DNA of 64,000 nucleotides, taken from Burkholderiales bacterium (GTDB taxonomy: Bacteria; Pseudomonadota; Gammaproteobacteria; Burkholderiales; Gallionellaceae). The stretch lies in contig JBBQXA010000001.1 in the NCBI GenBank assembly GCA_038210095.1, positions 6,732 through 70,731 on the forward strand. Reading direction: 5' to 3'. The position numbers and the translations under genes are program-made. Below the pieces are notes generated by a model. That model saw nothing but the letters and a program-made list of their open reading frames with translations, was not told the origin of the DNA and searched no databases. The stretch's first letter is position 1. Each line of letters opens with the position of its first letter. Below are positions 61,087 through 64,000 of the stretch, in pieces.

Positions 61087-61731
61087 TTACTGCGCGTGGA
61101 TAGGAGTGGCATCCACCCCGTTTTGTTTCAAAGTATTTTTCACCCGCATCATATCGTCCGCTGTTTTGTACGGTCCCAGACGCACGCGATGCCACACGCC
61201 CCGATCCGGAATGGTCACGACCTGAATGCTGGCCTCGGCACCCATGAAGGCAATTCTGGCCTTGAGTTTTTCAGCGTCACCCGCATTCGAGAAGGACCCG
61301 GCCTGCAGATACATCGGCCCTCTGAGCGCCGTGGACTCGGCCGGTTTCACTTCTGCCGGCTTCACATCCACCACTTTCGGCGCGACGGGTTTTGCTACCG
61401 CCGACTTTTGCTCGGGAGCGGTCGGTTTGACGCTCTCCTCCTGCTTGTCCGTCAACACCTTGTAAAACTCGAAACGCGGCTTGTCACCATCCGCAGCACC
61501 TGCCGCTGGCGCATTCGCGACAGGCGCAGCTTCCTGTGCGGCGGTCGGTTTGGCCACGACCGCATCTTTCTGCGTGAACGGACTCGGCGATTTCATAATG
61601 AACCAAGCCAGTGCCGCCGCCATGCCGACACCGATAATCATGCCGATCAGGATGCCTGTCAGCAGGGAGCTGCCGCGGGCAGGAGTGGAGTTGCCAGTAG
61701 TTCTACTCATATCTCGTTCATCCTTATGCAT
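61087..61731 (-). CDS. SPOR domain cell division protein (FtsN-like)
   Basis: N-terminal TM helix, FEFYKVL, LQAGSF, HRVRLGP; argS-SPOR-dsbA synteny; start may be 61710. Confidence 0.88.
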   Translation of the reverse strand: MHKDERDMSRTTGNSTPARGSSLLTGILIGMIIGVGMAAALAWFIMKSPSPFTQKDAVVAKPTAAQEAAPVANAPAAGAADGDKPRFEFYKVLTDKQEESVKPTAPEQKSAVAKPVAPKVVDVKPAEVKPAESTALRGPMYLQAGSFSNAGDAEKLKARIAFMGAEASIQVVTIPDRGVWHRVRLGPYKTADDMMRVKNTLKQNGVDATPIHAQ

Positions 61732-63407
61732 TACATTTTTTCCGGCGCGCTCACCCCGAGCAATGCCAGACCATTCTTGAACACCTGTGCCAACGCCTCA
61801 ATCAATACCAAGCGCGCAAGCTTGATCTGTTCGTCATCGACCAGAAAGCGCGAGGCATTATAGTAGCTGTGGAAATCAGCGGCCAAATCCTTGAGGTAGA
61901 ACGCGACCAGATGCGGGGCCAACTCTTCTGCCGCGCGTTCTATTACCTCGGGGAAGTCGATCATCTTTTGCAGCAACTGCGTCTCATAGTCACTGCTCAG
62001 CGGACTCACGTCCGCCTGATGCAGGCTCTGGCGATCACCGCCCCACTGCCCCAGTACCGCATAAATACGGGCATGAGCATACTGGATGTAATACACCGGA
62101 TTATCGTTACTCTGCGATTTCGCCAGATCAATATCGAACACCAGTTGCGAATCGGGATGGCGCGCCGCCAGGAAGAAACGCGTCGCATCGCAACCGACCT
62201 CGTCGATCAAATCGCGCAACGTCACATAGCTGCCCGCGCGCTTGGAGATTTTCACCTCCTCGCCATTCTTCAGCACCGTTACCATCTGGTGCAACACATA
62301 GTCGGGCCAACCCTGCGGGATGCCTACGTCCAGCCCTTGCAGACCCGCTCTAACCCGAGTGATGGTCGAATGGTGATCCGCACCCTGCTCGTTGATCACG
62401 CGCACGAAACCGCGCTTCCACTTGTCCCAGTGATAGGCCACGTCCGGCACGAAATAGGTATAGCCGCCGTCCGTCTTGCGCATCACGCGATCTTTGTCAT
62501 CGCCGAATGCCGTGGTGCGTAACCACAGCGCATCGTCCTGCTCATAGGTGTGGCCATTGGCGATCAGTTTATCCACCGCCTTCTGCACCTTGCCATCGGT
62601 ATACAACGACGACTCCAGCGAAAACACATCGAACTCAACCTCGAACGCGCGCAAATCCAGATCCTGCTCGCGGCGCAGATAAGCCACCGCAAAATGACGG
62701 ATCGCTTCTTCGTCCTTCGCATCGCCCTTGCCGGTCGTATGCTGATCGTCGGCCTCGACTGTCTCCTTTGCCATATAGGCCTTCGCCACATCGACAATAT
62801 AGTCGCCGCGATAGCCGCCCTCGGGCCAGGTAGGATCATCCGGCGTGAGGCCTTTGCAGCGCAGCTGCACTGAGCGCATCAGATTCTCGATCTGTGCACC
62901 CGCATCGTTGTAATAGAACTCGCGCGTAACTTTCCAGCCCGCCGCATGCAACACGCGGCACAAGCAATCGCCCACCGCCGCACCGCGTCCATGACCAACG
63001 TGCAACGGCCCGGTCGGATTTGCGGAAACAAATTCCACCCCGACCTCACGTCCCGCGCCGGTATGCACATGGCCATAACCCGCACCCGCCTGCAACACGC
63101 CATGCACCACCGACTGTTTCGCTGAAGTTGCGATAAACACATTGATAAAGCCGGCACCGGCGATCTCTACCTTGGCGATGAAATCTGTCTTCGGCAAAGC
63201 CGCGATCAACGCATTGGCGATATCGCGCGGCGGTTTGCGCAACGGGCGCGCCAGCTGCATCGCCAGATTGCAGGCGTAATCGCCATGCGTCGCATTCTTG
63301 GGTCGCTCGATCAGAACTGCCAGATCGGCATGCTCGGGCGCAACCTCGCGCAACGCCTGCGCGAACAATTCGGAAAGATGAGATTTGAAATTCAGGACAA
63401 CGGACAT
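61731..63407 (-). CDS. argS: Arginine--tRNA ligase
   Basis: [35 protein letters not shown]. Confidence 0.98.
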   Translation of the reverse strand: MSVVLNFKSHLSELFAQALREVAPEHADLAVLIERPKNATHGDYACNLAMQLARPLRKPPRDIANALIAALPKTDFIAKVEIAGAGFINVFIATSAKQSVVHGVLQAGAGYGHVHTGAGREVGVEFVSANPTGPLHVGHGRGAAVGDCLCRVLHAAGWKVTREFYYNDAGAQIENLMRSVQLRCKGLTPDDPTWPEGGYRGDYIVDVAKAYMAKETVEADDQHTTGKGDAKDEEAIRHFAVAYLRREQDLDLRAFEVEFDVFSLESSLYTDGKVQKAVDKLIANGHTYEQDDALWLRTTAFGDDKDRVMRKTDGGYTYFVPDVAYHWDKWKRGFVRVINEQGADHHSTITRVRAGLQGLDVGIPQGWPDYVLHQMVTVLKNGEEVKISKRAGSYVTLRDLIDEVGCDATRFFLAARHPDSQLVFDIDLAKSQSNDNPVYYIQYAHARIYAVLGQWGGDRQSLHQADVSPLSSDYETQLLQKMIDFPEVIERAAEELAPHLVAFYLKDLAADFHSYYNASRFLVDDEQIKLARLVLIEALAQVFKNGLALLGVSAPEKM

Positions 63408-63433
63408 GAAGCGGCACCTTTAGAGAGGCGCGG

Positions 63434-63442
63434 ATTATAACA
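63434..63442 (-). promoter_or_regulatory. Extended -10 promoter for argS
   Basis: TG-T-TATAAT perfect match about 27 nt upstream of the ATG. Confidence 0.65.
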
Positions 63443-63470
63443 CTTGGCTAATAGCGGGTTGATTGTGAAG

Positions 63471-63690
63471 TTAGTTCCGAGTAGCTGTTGCAATGCATAG
63501 GCCTCCAGAGCTTTCTATAGAGTCGAATGTTAGCTCTTTGCCGTCAATTTGATGGAATCCCAAATTGGCGCTGAACGCATGGTATCGAGCAGGTCGTGAC
63601 CAGCCATTGTTAGCCTTGGAGTGAACTTGCTGTAATACAAGGTTACCGCTTGTACTTCTTGAGATTTTGATACCGCATGACGGCTTGTTG
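63471..63690 (-). pseudogene. Decayed DUF2513-like gene fragment
   Basis: PRLTMAGHDLLDTMRSAPIWDSIK in one frame, then ELTFDSI and KALEAYALQQLLG in shifted frames; stop at 63530-63532; family recalled from the RLT..GHD.LD..R...W pattern. Confidence 0.5.
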
Positions 63691-63701
63691 AATCATGAGT
63701 T

Positions 63702-63732
63702 GATGGGCGTCGCGTTGCTCAACCCATCCTAC
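63702..63732 (-). repeat. GTAG-type REP element
   Basis: Minus strand GTAG-GATGGG-TTGAGCAACGCGACG-CCCATC. Confidence 0.65.
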
Positions 63733-63794
63733 ATCCGTTGATAGTTACAAGCCAGCCTACTACCCCCAAAATCCTAAATCCCGGTTCCTAAATC

Positions 63795-64000
63795 CTACTT
63801 AACCATTTCCCCCAGCTCCCTTTCCAGCATCACTTCATCGCCGGAGTTCAACTCTACCAGCCGACGCAAATTGGTCATGCTGTCCAGATCGATGTGCTGG
63901 CATTCGATACCGATGAACTGCCCTTCCTGATGACACACGAGACCCTCCATCACGATCTGTTCTCCGTCCGTATCCAGCGGCAAAACCATGCGGCAGATTT
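63795..64000 (-). CDS. PilZ-domain protein (MapZ/PA4608-like), 5' truncated by the window edge
   Basis: C-terminal CQHIDLDSMTNLRRLVELNSGD...LEREL. Confidence 0.8.
   Translation of the reverse strand, partial: ICRMVLPLDTDGEQIVMEGLVCHQEGQFIGIECQHIDLDSMTNLRRLVELNSGDEVMLERELGEMVK

Overview
Betaproteobacterial chromosomal segment, probably Nitrosomonadales/Gallionellaceae-like (inferred from gene content and synteny only). Most of it is housekeeping DNA: 5' part of dnaE, zapB-like-zapA-6S RNA-EVE-TauE, dbpA, ilvD, lgt, pilC-pilD-coaE-zapD-yacG, mreBCD-mrdA-rodA-rlpA-pldA, gatCAB, a petABC bc1 operon with an extra cytochrome c, and argS-SPOR-dsbA-SDR. A riboswitch-led corrinoid salvage operon (btuB-btuM-cobO-bluB-cbiB-cobD-cobQ-cobU-cobT, plus cobS-cobC) uses the solitary S-component BtuM and has no BtuCDF in the window. 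The standout is a 13-gene minus-strand operon (20285-31397) in the gene order of the archaeal/Thermotogales Mbx/MBS complex. It has an H-H' antiporter fusion, a NuoB-like subunit with three cluster Cys, a NuoD-like subunit with neither NiFe nor quinone-site residues, a NuoI-GltD flavoprotein fusion and a translationally coupled di-iron erythrin. Other notable items are an orphan c-di-GMP-I-like RNA, a candidate sRNA, a BCP peroxiredoxin pseudogene, a tethered lipoprotein cytochrome c, palindromic inserts inside ORFs, heptamer and REP-like repeats, and a decayed DUF2513-like fragment. All calls are by eye, without database searches.
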